Shown: piece after piece, positions 48,798-58,706 of the stretch
Layout of the letters: each line of letters begins with the position of its first letter
How positions within the stretch are numbered: the stretch's first letter is position 1
Virus record (IMG/VR): IMGVR_UViG_3300042397_002774
Location: 32,001-96,000 of that record
Direction: 5' to 3' (one strand)
Length of the DNA stretch: 64,000 bases
Source of the DNA: a virus
Position numbers and translations under genes: made by a program
The notes under the pieces: model-generated
What the model was told of the DNA's origin: nothing
Database searches by the model: none
What the model saw: only the letters and a program-made list of their open reading frames with translations

Positions 48798-49370
48798 TTA
48801 TTCTGTTTCGAAAATATTCATTTTACTTGAGTATGGCTCTTCAGCCCATAAATTTATAGCAATTGCTCTTCTAGTTCCTGTTAAAACAGTATCAACTCTA
48901 TGAGGCACTTTTCCAGCATCGAAAATAATTAAACGATTTGGCCTACACAATATAATATCAGGAGAGTTAGATTCACCATCAGTATAAACATTTAATGCAC
49001 CTCCAGTAAATTCTGATCCTATTGGATAGTATACACATCCAATTGTAGGTGTCATTCTATCTCCTGTAGCTTTTCTATATGCAACATCATCATCATAATG
49101 CATTTCTAGATAATTTCTAAATCTCCCATTAGGATCTGCTTCTTGAACACCTGTCCAATATTCAAATCCATCAATTGTATATAGTTTATTAAGTGGGCAA
49201 TTATTTCGCCAAATATATTCTATTAACTTCTTTTTAACAGTGTTTACTTCATCATTCCACCACCCTTTCCAATAATAATACACACCAGGATCTTGAAAGA
49301 AAGTGGTATCATTTGTAATCTCATCTAATAATGTTTGATCTGTTATAAAATCATCAAATACTGTTATCAT
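48798..49370 (-). CDS. 2OG-Fe(II) oxygenase
   Basis: MHYD, GCVYY, TGGAL, NRLIIFD..PHRV...GTR. Confidence 0.88.
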   Translation of the reverse strand: MITVFDDFITDQTLLDEITNDTTFFQDPGVYYYWKGWWNDEVNTVKKKLIEYIWRNNCPLNKLYTIDGFEYWTGVQEADPNGRFRNYLEMHYDDDVAYRKATGDRMTPTIGCVYYPIGSEFTGGALNVYTDGESNSPDIILCRPNRLIIFDAGKVPHRVDTVLTGTRRAIAINLWAEEPYSSKMNIFETE

Positions 49371-49374
49371 TTTG

Positions 49375-51198
49375 TTATTGTTGTGGGTTATAAATATAAT
49401 TTACATATCCTTCATCTTTACCAAATCTACTTTCAACCCATAGTGGATGTGATGGATTTTCTTTGTAAGCCCAATCTTCTTTTCCTAATTCTTCAAAACG
49501 TTTAGCTATTCTTTCGTTGTAATGATACATAATTGTTCTTACTCTACGTTGAATATCTGCACGAGATAAATCATGGGTATTTTGACCTGTATGGTTGTTG
49601 TAAATGAATTGGATGTAACCAATTTTATTTATTTTACAAATTTTGGTGTGTAAAAATGTTCTAACTATTAATTCATAATCATCAGCAATCGCTAAATCTC
49701 TATTATGTCCACCAACAGCAAAATATGTATCTCTTCTCCAAGCACGAACGTGATTTGGAACACCAACAATATGTCTGATTGTTTTAGGGTTAATGTTTTG
49801 TGTAATTACAACATCCCATTCAAATCCTCTATATTTTTCTTTTCTATATTTACCATATCCAAAAGCAAATCCATCATCATATGTTAACGATTCCCAATTT
49901 TCATCTATTTCTACACTATCATTAAAGAAGAAACCAGCATCTGGGTGTGCTATTGAAGCATTGATTAGATCCATTGTACAATTGTCTGTTAATAAATCAT
50001 CATGATCTAATTCTGCTAATAAGAATCCTCTTGTTAAACAAGCGGCTCTGTATTTTGATTCTCCAATAATACCTCCTGTTTTTTCTCTAAAATCATATAC
50101 TTTTACTCTTGGATCTCGTTTAGCAATTTCTTCTGCTATTTTAAGTGTTTTACCACCATCAGATGAATCGTTAACCATTACCCATTCCCAATCTTGATAA
50201 GTTTGTTCAAGCAGTGAACGATAAGTATTCCATAATTTATTTCCAGTATTATATATTGGTGTAAAATATGATACTAAATGTTCATTTGATGCTGTTAGCA
50301 TTTGATTCATAGCTACATTGTAAGCTATATCTCCATTTTCAACATCATCTTTTTCAACATTTAACCATTTTTTTCTTACCTCTAAAGGTTGATTAGTTAA
50401 ATTAGTAAATTCTGAAAAATGTTTTCCAATAGTGATAATTGAATCTGGTTTAAAAGATGTTAATAGTTCTTCTATATTGTAATCATTTGAAATATTTAAT
50501 ACATCTAAACTTACGTCTTCATATCCTAAATGTTTAGTACTTTCTAATTTTGCTGTACCACCTACATAAAGTACTTTAGGTACTCTTGCTTTTTTCTCTT
50601 TTGTTAAGTAATTGTAATAACAAAGTTCTGAATGAATAAAATGAAATTTATCTGAAAATTGTTTATATAGATTTTCAATAAATACACCATCACCACAATA
50701 TCCACCTTCATATCTACCTTGTGTATATAAACTTTGTTTGATAACATATTGAGCGGAGTCTATGTGTCTTAGCTTCATATGTTCAGGGCCTACTTTTCTA
50801 ACATCTAGGCCTGTAAAATCCTTCTTATTAACAAACTGCTCATAAACAAAAGCATCTTTATCAGGATTAGATTCAATTTCTGATTTGATAGTATTATAGA
50901 AGTCAGGATGGACAATATTATCATCATCCAATATTACTATATAAGTGTCTTTATGTAATTTATCAATAATATCACTTAATTGAGGATACAAATAATCAGA
51001 TCCATCTCCTTTTATAAAGTGAAATCTAGTATTTGGACTTTGTAACTCATTCAACATTTCAGCATCAATGTCTTTTAATGTTGTTGTATCAAAGATAATA
51101 TGCCAAACTACATTTATCGGACTTGGAAATACCGATTTTTTTATTGTCAATAAGTTTTGCTGACGCGTACAACGCGTTAATATATGTAATGTTACCAT
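49375..51198 (-). CDS. Glycosyltransferase with two GT2 (GT-A) domains
   Basis: N-terminal domain ILTRCTR...LDDDN. C-terminal domain FTPIYNT, WEWVMVND, ELDHDD, ADDYEL. Confidence 0.88.
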   Translation of the reverse strand: MVTLHILTRCTRQQNLLTIKKSVFPSPINVVWHIIFDTTTLKDIDAEMLNELQSPNTRFHFIKGDGSDYLYPQLSDIIDKLHKDTYIVILDDDNIVHPDFYNTIKSEIESNPDKDAFVYEQFVNKKDFTGLDVRKVGPEHMKLRHIDSAQYVIKQSLYTQGRYEGGYCGDGVFIENLYKQFSDKFHFIHSELCYYNYLTKEKKARVPKVLYVGGTAKLESTKHLGYEDVSLDVLNISNDYNIEELLTSFKPDSIITIGKHFSEFTNLTNQPLEVRKKWLNVEKDDVENGDIAYNVAMNQMLTASNEHLVSYFTPIYNTGNKLWNTYRSLLEQTYQDWEWVMVNDSSDGGKTLKIAEEIAKRDPRVKVYDFREKTGGIIGESKYRAACLTRGFLLAELDHDDLLTDNCTMDLINASIAHPDAGFFFNDSVEIDENWESLTYDDGFAFGYGKYRKEKYRGFEWDVVITQNINPKTIRHIVGVPNHVRAWRRDTYFAVGGHNRDLAIADDYELIVRTFLHTKICKINKIGYIQFIYNNHTGQNTHDLSRADIQRRVRTIMYHYNERIAKRFEELGKEDWAYKENPSHPLWVESRFGKDEGYVNYIYNPQQ

Positions 51199-52127
51199 TC
51201 TACGTCAAAGAAAAATAGGTGAAAGAATCTTGCATTTTCGATTGCATCTCCAAAATAACCTGTTGCTGCGTGGATTGTTTTTGAATCAAACATAACCAAT
51301 CTATTATAAACGTTTGCAACAGTATCTACTACTTCATATGTTGTTGAATCATAAAAATTCATATTGTTACTTAGCCCTTTGAAGGTATTAAAATAATCAT
51401 CACCTCTTGTTTCATCAAACCTAGTAGCACCTGTAATTTTGCTTTTATATGTGGCTGTACCTGTTTGAAGTGGGGCATCTGGTGTTAAGTACACCATTGC
51501 TGCATATGTTTGAGAATCAACATGGTAAACGATTGGATCTTGAGAAGTACAATATTGGAAAACACCATTTGCATATGATTCATAATTCCAATTTGTAATT
51601 TTTTTACCTAAAATTTCTTCAAATTTTTCTTTAGTACCATTTAAGATAAATCTGTCGTAACTACGTTTTCCTTTATGATAACCTGATTCTTTAAATTCTA
51701 AATTATTCATAGCATAATTTCTAACCCAATCAGGGTCACTATAGAAATTATCTACTACAACAATACCTTTTTTAGATACAGGGTCAAACCCTGAATGGTA
51801 AACTACCCATTTTTCAAATGTGTCTATGTTATTTACAACAGAGTTGTCTTGTAAGATAAGACTAACAGGTTTATTTAATTCCTGTTTTGTAAGAAGGATT
51901 TTAAATCCAATTTCTTCTGTTGGAATTTGAGGATAAAATTCCTTCACATCTGGTCTTGATTCAAATCCAGGAGAAATAATTTCCTCACCAATTAGAAATG
52001 CTTTAATAGGTTGTATTGGGTGAGATATCCACCCACTAATAGTACAAACATCGTTATTAATGACAACTTTGTCAATGTACCACAATACACCATCAACGTT
52101 GGTTAAATGATTAATATGATCGGCCAT
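51192..52127 (-). CDS. 2OG-Fe(II) oxygenase (DUF6445-like) with N-terminal beta-sandwich domain
   Basis: VVDNFYSDP, YHVD, AAMVYL, GT, NRLVMFD..IHA...R. N-terminal ISGW...RPDV...GF domain. Confidence 0.82.
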   Translation of the reverse strand: MADHINHLTNVDGVLWYIDKVVINNDVCTISGWISHPIQPIKAFLIGEEIISPGFESRPDVKEFYPQIPTEEIGFKILLTKQELNKPVSLILQDNSVVNNIDTFEKWVVYHSGFDPVSKKGIVVVDNFYSDPDWVRNYAMNNLEFKESGYHKGKRSYDRFILNGTKEKFEEILGKKITNWNYESYANGVFQYCTSQDPIVYHVDSQTYAAMVYLTPDAPLQTGTATYKSKITGATRFDETRGDDYFNTFKGLSNNMNFYDSTTYEVVDTVANVYNRLVMFDSKTIHAATGYFGDAIENARFFHLFFFDVEW

Positions 52128-52144
52128 AAAAGTAATTATTTTAT

Positions 52145-52176
52145 GGAATATACGATGAAACTATTTGATATCCAAA
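52145..52176 (-). promoter_or_regulatory. Bacteroidota-type promoter heading the oxygenase/GT operon
   Basis: TTTG-N20-TATATTCC, with ATTTG-GATAT-CAAAT dyad. Confidence 0.62.
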
Positions 52177-52177
52177 T

Positions 52178-55100
52178 TTATTTATTATCTACTAGATAAT
52201 TTATTTGATTTTTTAGATCTTCGATTTGTTGTTGTTGTTCTTTCATACCCTCTACTAACAAAGCTACAAGTTTTTCATACTTAATAGTCTTGTATGTTTC
52301 AGACATTTCTGGTATAAAATCTTTAGCTTCATCTGGGTCATTACTCGGAGTATTTAATTGTGATTGATACTCAGTAATAAATAAAGGTTCTACAGCTTCA
52401 ACTTCTTGTGCAATAAGACCAATATCTTTAGTACCTGCTCTTTCTTTTACAATGTTTACTTTTTCATCATTCCATGTATAAGTAACACCTCTAAGTTGTT
52501 TAATTTTATTTATTGCATTATCAATTGTAATAATATCTTTCTTAAGTCTAGCATCTGAGTAATAGGCAATAACATCACCTGTTGCATATAAAGTACCTGT
52601 TATAACTACACCATCACTAGCTGTTCTAAATTTTTCATTACCGTTATTGTATAGGTATTGAGCAGCATCTACATATGTAAGTATTGACCAGTTATTTAAC
52701 CAAAATCCTGTAGGCCCAGACGCACCATTTGTATGCATCATTAGACACATACCACCATCTACTCTCCAACCAGAATATCCGTTATTACTACCACCCATAT
52801 ACCATGAAGTATATGAACTTGTATTTCTATGTAAGTATTTATTATTATCATTATAATCATAAAAGGTTCCAGCATACATTCCAGCACCTGTTAACCAGTT
52901 ACCAGAATCATCACACCAAGATCCCCAACTACTTGATTGATTTAAGAAACCAATTCGATTTGAGTTACAATGAAGTTCTCTAGTACCTTCATCACTATCA
53001 GTCATATAAATTGATGATGCATTTGTACCTAATCCTACAGTTAGATTACCATACATGTATGAATGTCTAGATGAATCTAATCTAATACCCCAAGAACCAG
53101 CATTATTTAGTATTCCAACATTATTACCTGTATCAGCATAAAAGCATCCTCTAACAGCACTACCATAACCACCAGGTCTCATATTAAGCTGTATCCAAGA
53201 ACCATTAGATGTAGCAAAATTCCACTCACCAGTAGATGATGCATAAAAATGGGTATCAAGGGCGGTGTTATATAAACCTGAGCCAGAATTCTGATTTCTA
53301 AACCAACCATTATTGTATACGTTTGCAAATGTTGGACCACTATCGGTTCTAACTTCTTGGTTCATATTTGCAGCATTTGGATCTGACGCTGTGTTTAATA
53401 ATCTTCTCCAAGAAGTCCATGAAGTTCTACCATGGTTTGCTTCAGACCTAACCCAAAGATTTGTTCCAGTTCCACCATCATAATGTCCACCAAGTTGATA
53501 CATATTATAACCATTGTAACCAGACCATGTAATAACATGATTCCAACCACCACTACCTGTATAACTAGGGTGCATAAAATCAACTCTTAATCCTCCACCT
53601 GCTAAACCTTGATCTACTAAATTAACAGGAGTTTCAGAAGTTAAATAACTACCATATTCATAATAAGCTCTAAGATATTGACCGCTTGTGTCTTTTCTTG
53701 AAAAAGAAGATGCGTGTAAACTATCTACTGTATCTGCATTTGATACAGATTGAGATCCTATATTGCCAGAGTCAATTACATCATGCCAAGTACCAGAACC
53801 TCTATATTGCTTAAATCTACCTTCTGCCCAAAAGTTACCACCACCATTAGCATAGTAATCACCGTTTGTAATAATGCGGTAGTTAGTATTAATAGCCTGA
53901 CCAACACTTAAATAATCAGCATGTATGTGGTATACTCTAGAAGTACTATTTGGGTCTACATAATATCCTGTATCTTGTTTATCATAAAATATATTAGCAC
54001 GGATATCATTTGTGTTAATCTGGCTTCCATCATTAACTGTTAATTGAGCATTAAAATAGAAGTTTGATCTATCAGTATATATATGAGCATGACCGCTATT
54101 AGCTGGTCCAAACCAAATATAACCGGAGTCCGTATAAAATCTTACACCCCATGTACCGTCTCCAGTAAATCTTCCACTGTTTGTTGAAGTGCCAAATCTA
54201 ACTGTATGTAATACAGATGTACCATTAGGATCTGCATAATAAGCTGTGTCTTGTGAATCATAAAATATAGGAGCTCTTACAGAATCTACACCTTGCAAAT
54301 AATTTGCATAAGCATAACCTACAATATTACCATTAACCATAAAAGCTAATGGGTGGTTGGAATAAGTACCTATTCTACCAACTCCTTGACCTGTATGAGA
54401 ATACATTGTAGTAATAATTCCATCACTATTACTTTTAACATCAAGTCTAGCATGACTAGAACCTGTTAAATTTAATCTAGCATTCCATCCTCCATCATTA
54501 GATGCATTTACATCACCCACAGAAAGATGTCTTAACCAGGAAGTGCTTGCAAAATCTCCATAATATGTACTATCATTTCCATCATAAATTATATTAGCAT
54601 ATATAGTACCAGCATATGTTGTAGAATCTAAATAAATTGTATTTCCTACAGGATTTAATCTTAATGCTTGTCCTGAATGAGATTGGACATAGGAATATGA
54701 ACCATTATTACCTATTGATATTGTAAAGTTATTTACACTACCTGGGTTTGTAGTGCCTCTTAAAAATCTACTATCAGCATCTGATGTGCTATATGTGTAT
54801 GAAGTATAGTTACCTGAATGTAATAATGTTCTTGATGTTGATCCATCATAAAAAGCTCCTCCACCATATATATATGTACTACCAGTTCCTTTAATATATG
54901 TACCTAACCCACTGTTACCATTGTACCCAAAAGAATCAGACTGGCCAGAAAAGTTAATTGCTGTACCACTAGATACTGTGGTAATAATACCAGACATAGT
55001 ACCTCCAGAAAGAGGCAATGCATATGATGAATAGTTACCTGCGTGTAATACTATATTACCATTGTATGTCATATTCCCAGTATTGGGAATAATAAAATCT

Positions 55101-56569
55101 GTACCACCTGTAGTAGTAATACGCATTCTGTTACCAGATTGCATTCTAAACCAACTATCAGTACCATCAAAATCTATTAATGCACGACCTATTGTAGCAC
55201 TTGTACTAAATGTAACAGCTGTAGATGTACTAGCCCCTCTAGCAGTAACAGTAGCTAATGTATCAACATAAACATTTGGACCTGCTGCACCTTGTGCACC
55301 AGTATTACCTTGAGGACCTGCTACTGATGAAGCAGCACCAGTATTACCTTGTGCACCAGTAGCGCCTTGTGCACCCGTTGCACCTTGGGCTCCATTTGAA
55401 CCATTAGTTCCGTTTGTACCAGCTGTGCCTTGTAAGCCTGTCGCTCCTTGAGCTCCATTAGTACCATTAGTTCCGTTTGTACCAGCTGTGCCTTGGTCGC
55501 CTTTAAAGCCTTGGAAGCCTCTGTCACCTTGGTCTCCTTTGAATCCTCTGTCGCCTTGATCGCCTTTGAAGCCTTGAAAGCCTCTATCGCCTTGAAAACC
55601 TTGAGATCCTTTATCACCTTGAGAACCTTGACGTCCTTGATCGCCTTGAGCGCCTTGTCTTCCTTGATCACCTTGGAAACCTTGGAAACCCCTAACTCCC
55701 TGATCGCCTTGAAAGCCTCTAGGGCCTTGATCGCCTTGATTTCCTTGAGAACCAGTTGCACCTTGTGCACCAGTACTACCTTGAGCACCTGTAGAACCTT
55801 GGATACCTTGAACAGACATATCTGTTGTAAATGACCAAGTTCCTCCACTACGTAAATACAATTTACCATAGTCAGGATCTGATTGTGAAAGTGAGCCTCC
55901 TACTAATCCGAATTGACCTTCGGGGCAAGTATTGTCTGCTAATAATGCAGCTACTGAGTTGTATGTTTGATAGATTGTGAATCCTTGGCCTGTTATGCCT
56001 TGATAACCTTGGTCGCCTTTAGCACCTTGAGGTCCTGTAGAACCTTGTGCACCGACTGTGCCTTGAATGCCTTGTGGGCCTTGATTTCCTTGATCACCTT
56101 TAGCACCTTGGAAACCTTGATCGCCTTGGTCACCCTTAGCGCCCTGAATGCCTTGATCGCCTTGATATCCCTGATCGCCTTGGAAGCCTTGTATTCCTTG
56201 GTCACCTTGGGCTCCTTGAATGCCTTGGTCGCCTTGGAAACCTTGGTCGCCTTGAAAGCCTTGATCACCTTTAGTACCCTGAATGCCTTGAAATCCTTGG
56301 TCACCCTTAGTGCCTTGACGTCCCTGATCACCTTGAGCTCCATCAGCTCCAACATAACCATCTTGTCCTTGAAAACCTTGGATGCCTTGTGGGCCTTGTG
56401 GACCTTGGTTACCCTGTGATCCTCTTGAAGTATAGTATATCTCCTTAGTACTTTCATTAAGTACTAAATATTTGTCTAATGAACCTGATGTGTCTTGGGG
56501 AACTACAGGTAGTCTAAAACTACCTGATACTTCTAATGAACCTGTAACTGACGCGTTGTGTATTCTCAT
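52178..56569 (-). CDS. Long tail fibre with collagen domains, repeated fibre modules and S74 chaperone
   Basis: Gly-X-Y tracts, repeats like IFYDxxDTxYYxDPNxTS, YSDARLK...GLIAQEV...YEKLVALLVEG. Confidence 0.88.
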   Translation of the reverse strand: MRIHNASVTGSLEVSGSFRLPVVPQDTSGSLDKYLVLNESTKEIYYTSRGSQGNQGPQGPQGIQGFQGQDGYVGADGAQGDQGRQGTKGDQGFQGIQGTKGDQGFQGDQGFQGDQGIQGAQGDQGIQGFQGDQGYQGDQGIQGAKGDQGDQGFQGAKGDQGNQGPQGIQGTVGAQGSTGPQGAKGDQGYQGITGQGFTIYQTYNSVAALLADNTCPEGQFGLVGGSLSQSDPDYGKLYLRSGGTWSFTTDMSVQGIQGSTGAQGSTGAQGATGSQGNQGDQGPRGFQGDQGVRGFQGFQGDQGRQGAQGDQGRQGSQGDKGSQGFQGDRGFQGFKGDQGDRGFKGDQGDRGFQGFKGDQGTAGTNGTNGTNGAQGATGLQGTAGTNGTNGSNGAQGATGAQGATGAQGNTGAASSVAGPQGNTGAQGAAGPNVYVDTLATVTARGASTSTAVTFSTSATIGRALIDFDGTDSWFRMQSGNRMRITTTGGTDFIIPNTGNMTYNGNIVLHAGNYSSYALPLSGGTMSGIITTVSSGTAINFSGQSDSFGYNGNSGLGTYIKGTGSTYIYGGGAFYDGSTSRTLLHSGNYTSYTYSTSDADSRFLRGTTNPGSVNNFTISIGNNGSYSYVQSHSGQALRLNPVGNTIYLDSTTYAGTIYANIIYDGNDSTYYGDFASTSWLRHLSVGDVNASNDGGWNARLNLTGSSHARLDVKSNSDGIITTMYSHTGQGVGRIGTYSNHPLAFMVNGNIVGYAYANYLQGVDSVRAPIFYDSQDTAYYADPNGTSVLHTVRFGTSTNSGRFTGDGTWGVRFYTDSGYIWFGPANSGHAHIYTDRSNFYFNAQLTVNDGSQINTNDIRANIFYDKQDTGYYVDPNSTSRVYHIHADYLSVGQAINTNYRIITNGDYYANGGGNFWAEGRFKQYRGSGTWHDVIDSGNIGSQSVSNADTVDSLHASSFSRKDTSGQYLRAYYEYGSYLTSETPVNLVDQGLAGGGLRVDFMHPSYTGSGGWNHVITWSGYNGYNMYQLGGHYDGGTGTNLWVRSEANHGRTSWTSWRRLLNTASDPNAANMNQEVRTDSGPTFANVYNNGWFRNQNSGSGLYNTALDTHFYASSTGEWNFATSNGSWIQLNMRPGGYGSAVRGCFYADTGNNVGILNNAGSWGIRLDSSRHSYMYGNLTVGLGTNASSIYMTDSDEGTRELHCNSNRIGFLNQSSSWGSWCDDSGNWLTGAGMYAGTFYDYNDNNKYLHRNTSSYTSWYMGGSNNGYSGWRVDGGMCLMMHTNGASGPTGFWLNNWSILTYVDAAQYLYNNGNEKFRTASDGVVITGTLYATGDVIAYYSDARLKKDIITIDNAINKIKQLRGVTYTWNDEKVNIVKERAGTKDIGLIAQEVEAVEPLFITEYQSQLNTPSNDPDEAKDFIPEMSETYKTIKYEKLVALLVEGMKEQQQQIEDLKNQINYLVDNK
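55280..56422. repeat. Collagen Gly-X-Y repeats (two tracts split by a ~60 aa domain), approximate bounds
   Basis: GDQGFQ/GAQ/GFK units. Confidence 0.85.
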
Positions 56570-56648
56570 TATATTATATCGGGGTTATTCTGATATAAAT
56601 ATTGAGATATACTTGCTCTTAAATGTTAGTTAACAAATAATATTATTT

Positions 56649-57029
56649 TTAACAGATGTATGAACAATACCCAACAACACTTCCTGGGGTTCCGTTACTA
56701 AAGGAAACAATTTCTGCATTAAGATTAAATGTTCCATTAAGTGGGGTAGAACCAATACTATTACCTCTTAACCACCTACCTGTAGTTGTTTGGTAAACAG
56801 TTATAACCTCATTACAACCACAATACCAATCACCAAATGATTGATATGAATCTAATGCTGTAGCTGTTACACCATTCATAGATTCTGATGAATATCCATA
56901 AAATTCACTCATAGCATCTGGTGTTGAGAAACCAGCAGCCGCGCTTAGTGTTCTAAGACTGTTTGAACTAGATCCTAATTCGGTTTTTATTTGTGATATG
57001 CTTATTGCTCCTGATGATTGTAGTGCCAT
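56649..57029 (-). CDS. Small virion/fibre-associated protein
   Basis: MALQSSGAISISQIKTELG...AMSEFYGY N-terminus typical of phage fibre-tip proteins. TATTTATA lies 3 nt before the ATG. Confidence 0.55.
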   Translation of the reverse strand: MALQSSGAISISQIKTELGSSSNSLRTLSAAAGFSTPDAMSEFYGYSSESMNGVTATALDSYQSFGDWYCGCNEVITVYQTTTGRWLRGNSIGSTPLNGTFNLNAEIVSFSNGTPGSVVGYCSYIC

Positions 57030-57040
57030 GAGTATAAATA

Positions 57041-57307
57041 TTAAGGTTTTGGTATTGAATCTTTTACATTTTTAATAGCATTAAACCAAATACCATCTGT
57101 TGTGATACTACCACTAGTATTCAACTCATGCCATAACATATCTAATTGATTTGATAATTTTGGATAGATTTGTTCTCTATCTCTTTGATACTGAGTGTCA
57201 TAAACTTGTTGTAAGCCTGTAAAAAATCCAAATCTTTGTATTTCTGTATAAGGTGTTCCATCCATTGGATTTATTAATTCTGTTCCATCATCTAAAGGGT
57301 GTGTCAT
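57041..57307 (-). CDS. Putative tail fibre assembly chaperone-like protein
   Basis: YQRDRE..YP....QLDMLWH...W...I..VK...PKP. Confidence 0.55.
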   Translation of the reverse strand: MTHPLDDGTELINPMDGTPYTEIQRFGFFTGLQQVYDTQYQRDREQIYPKLSNQLDMLWHELNTSGSITTDGIWFNAIKNVKDSIPKP

Positions 57308-57315
57308 ATTATTAA

Positions 57316-57762
57316 TTATTTAATTCTTGTTAAAACTGATGAAGTCATAGTTACTGTGTGTTCAACTAATACATTAAAATAAAAGGTACCACTATCTCCT
57401 GATGTGTTATTAAATTGTAAATAATTATGATCTACATTACTAGGATTTTGATAATTGGAGCATGAATATCCTCCCCAATCAGATTCTAATATATTAGAGT
57501 AAGAGGTTCCATATCTAGATGTTGTAAAACTAAATATACCAAAGGTCCAAGATGTAGCTGATCTTACTGCCATAAAATATACAGTACCTATCATTCTAAC
57601 ATATCCTGTTAGGTTACCTATTAAGTTAATAGAAGAGCCATTTGAAATAAATGAATTTCCAGCATATTCAAGCATTGCATAATTACCATTAGTATGTATT
57701 ATATTTGAACTAATAGAATTAGCACTTAATGTTGGTGCAGTTGTTGCTTGTAAATTTGCCAT
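57316..57762 (-). CDS. Fibre-tip/adhesin-like paralog 1
   Basis: MANLQATT...SSVLTRIK, rich in aromatics, Ser and Asn. Confidence 0.6.
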   Translation of the reverse strand: MANLQATTAPTLSANSISSNIIHTNGNYAMLEYAGNSFISNGSSINLIGNLTGYVRMIGTVYFMAVRSATSWTFGIFSFTTSRYGTSYSNILESDWGGYSCSNYQNPSNVDHNYLQFNNTSGDSGTFYFNVLVEHTVTMTSSVLTRIK

Positions 57763-57763
57763 T

Positions 57764-58237
57764 TTATCTTATTCTTTCTGTTAAATATGATGATGAAAAA
57801 GATGCTCCACCTAACCCAGTCCATCTTACATTAAAATAATAATTTCCATTTCCCCATTCAGTATTTACGGTGTTCGTAAATCTAATAAAATTTGTTCCAT
57901 AACTTGGATTATGTCTTGATAATGAAAAATATCCAGACGAATCAGTTAATATAGAAGTACTTAAACCATATTCTGATAATTGAAAATAGAATTGTCCAGT
58001 TTGAAATTGAGATTGATTTACCCACCATCTAACAATCCCATACATCCTTTCATGAGCACCCACATTAGCAAACAAATCAACATAATTGGTTGCACTATTA
58101 ACGGAACTTGGTATAAAAGCAGTACCTACAAATTCTCTTAAAACTTGTGAAGAATTTGTATGTAAAATTTTTGGGGATTGGTAACTTGTTGTAGCAGTTA
58201 ATGTACCATTTACTGTTGTAGCTTGTAAAGTTGCCAT
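57764..58237 (-). CDS. Fibre-tip/adhesin-like paralog 2
   Basis: MATLQATT...SSYLTERIR. Confidence 0.6.
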   Translation of the reverse strand: MATLQATTVNGTLTATTSYQSPKILHTNSSQVLREFVGTAFIPSSVNSATNYVDLFANVGAHERMYGIVRWWVNQSQFQTGQFYFQLSEYGLSTSILTDSSGYFSLSRHNPSYGTNFIRFTNTVNTEWGNGNYYFNVRWTGLGGASFSSSYLTERIR

Positions 58238-58238
58238 A

Positions 58239-58706
58239 TTAGTTAATTCTTGTTAAAACTGATGAAGTTATACTATTCTTAGAGTTTCCAGTAAAGGCAG
58301 TTACATTTACATGATAGTTTCCAAAAGCCCAAGGGGCATTATAGTTATTAGTTATTCTTAAATAAGAATTATTTCCACTTGTCCATGTTGAAACTCCCAT
58401 CAACCCATCCCAAGTTACACCAGTAGCAATTTTTAACCCATATAAGGATAATGCAAACCAAAAATCATGAGCTGTATTATAAGATTGGTTTGCAGGGATA
58501 GATACATATCCATTTATCCATGCATATCCATTTGTATTTACAAGTATATCAGCATAATTATTTACTGGGTCAACATTTGGGGTTTGTATACCTACATATC
58601 CAGCCCATTGTTGAATACTACTTGTAGATTCATTTAATACAGTACTAGCAGAAATAGATGTTGTAGCATTAAATGTTGTTACTGTAGTTGTTTGGAGATT
58701 AGCCAT
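58239..58706 (-). CDS. Fibre-tip/adhesin-like paralog 3
   Basis: MANLQTTT...SSVLTRIN. Confidence 0.6.
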   Translation of the reverse strand: MANLQTTTVTTFNATTSISASTVLNESTSSIQQWAGYVGIQTPNVDPVNNYADILVNTNGYAWINGYVSIPANQSYNTAHDFWFALSLYGLKIATGVTWDGLMGVSTWTSGNNSYLRITNNYNAPWAFGNYHVNVTAFTGNSKNSITSSVLTRIN

